Sequence record: OP360908.1
From: a phage
Length of the DNA stretch: 380 nucleotides
Reading direction: 5' to 3' (one strand)
Notes under the pieces: generated by a model
Databases searched by the model: none
What the model was told of the DNA's origin: nothing
The model's input: the letters and a program-made list of their open reading frames with translations, nothing else
Part shown: piece by piece, positions 1 to 380 of the stretch
Layout of the letters: each line of letters begins with the position of its first letter
Numbering within the stretch: the first letter of the stretch is position 1
Translations under genes and position numbers: made by a program

Positions 1-380
1 TCTGACGGCTGACGTTCTGATTTACGATATCGAGGACGCGATGAACCACTACGACGTTCGTTCTGAGTACACCTCCCAGTTGGGTGAGTCTCTGGCAATG
101 GCTGCCGATGGTGCAGTTCTGGCTGAGATTGCTGGCCTGTGTAACTTGGCGAGCGCCTCTAATGAGAACATTGAGGGTCTCGGCACTGCAACGATTATCG
201 AAGCGTCTCAGACCAAGGCTGCTCTGACCGACCAAGTTGCTCTGGGTAAAGAGATTATCGCTGCCTTGACTAAGGCTCGTGCGGCTCTGACCAAGAACTA
301 CGTTCCGGCTGCTGACCGCGTATTCTACTGTGACCCAGATAGCTACTCTGCGATTCTGGCAGCACTGATGCCCAACGCCG
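1..380 (+). CDS. 10A: Major capsid protein of a T7-like phage (gp10A homologue), internal fragment truncated at both ends; codons in phase from position 2 (2-4 = Leu), last complete codon 377-379
   Basis: Seen in sequence: the frame starting at position 2 is open for all 126 codons, while the other two + frames hit TGA immediately (3-5 and 10-12). The translation matches, from memory, roughly residues 100-225 of T7 gp10A (…LLTADVLIYDIEDAMNHYDVRSEYTSQLGESLAMAADGAVLAEIAGLCN…KAALTDQVALGKEIIAALTKARAALTKNYVPAADRVFYCDPDSYSAILAALMPNA…). Codon usage is strongly biased toward codons typical of highly expressed E. coli and T7 late genes (CTG Leu 10 of 14, GCT Ala 12 of 26, CGT Arg, GGT Gly, TCT Ser). 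Ala makes up about 21% of residues. No database search was run; the homology call rests on recall. Confidence 0.93.

Noticed and set aside
32-43. In-frame ATG (41-43) preceded by a GAGG Shine-Dalgarno-like motif (32-35), a possible internal start
   Set aside because: The Met lies in the middle of a conserved capsid segment (DIEDAMNHY) that continues in frame upstream to the window edge. The GAGG is simply the Glu-Asp codons. No evidence for an independent start.
355-367. Short palindromic elements (e.g. around ctggcagcactg; tgca at 187-190) as a possible hairpin or terminator
   Set aside because: The stems are only 3-5 bp with no following U-tract and sit inside the coding region; not distinguishable from chance.
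1-380. Minus-strand reading frame in register with the sense codons is free of stop codons across the whole window
   Set aside because: Follows directly from the absence of TTA, CTA and TCA codons in the sense frame (codon bias). The sense frame has a clear capsid protein identity, and antisense open frames of this kind are a common artefact, so I do not call an overlapping gene.
1-380. Search for a T7-type phage promoter (TAATACGACTCACTATA-like) or other regulatory element
   Set aside because: No such consensus is present on either strand, as expected for the interior of a structural gene.
1-380. Programmed -1 frameshift site known from T7 gene 10 (10A/10B)
   Set aside because: That site lies near the 3' end of the gene, downstream of this window. 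There is no slippery heptamer here and no run of four or more T.

Overview
The whole 380-nt window lies inside a single protein-coding gene on the + strand (codon phase starting at position 2; 126 complete sense codons, no stop). The translation (LTADVLIYDIEDAMNHYDVRSEYTSQLGESLAMAADGAVLAEIAGLCNLASASNENIEGLGTATIIEASQTKAALTDQVALGKEIIAALTKARAALTKNYVPAADRVFYCDPDSYSAILAALMPNA) is recognisable as an internal segment of the major capsid protein of a T7-like podovirus (T7 gene 10A homologue). From memory of T7 gp10A it is near-identical, with two small clusters of substitutions, so this is probably a close T7 relative rather than T7 itself. The gene is truncated at both window edges. I found no RNA genes, promoters, terminators, repeats of note, mobile elements or CRISPR features. 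Despite the prompt, I see no evidence of a novel or undescribed system: this is an ordinary, well-characterised phage structural gene.
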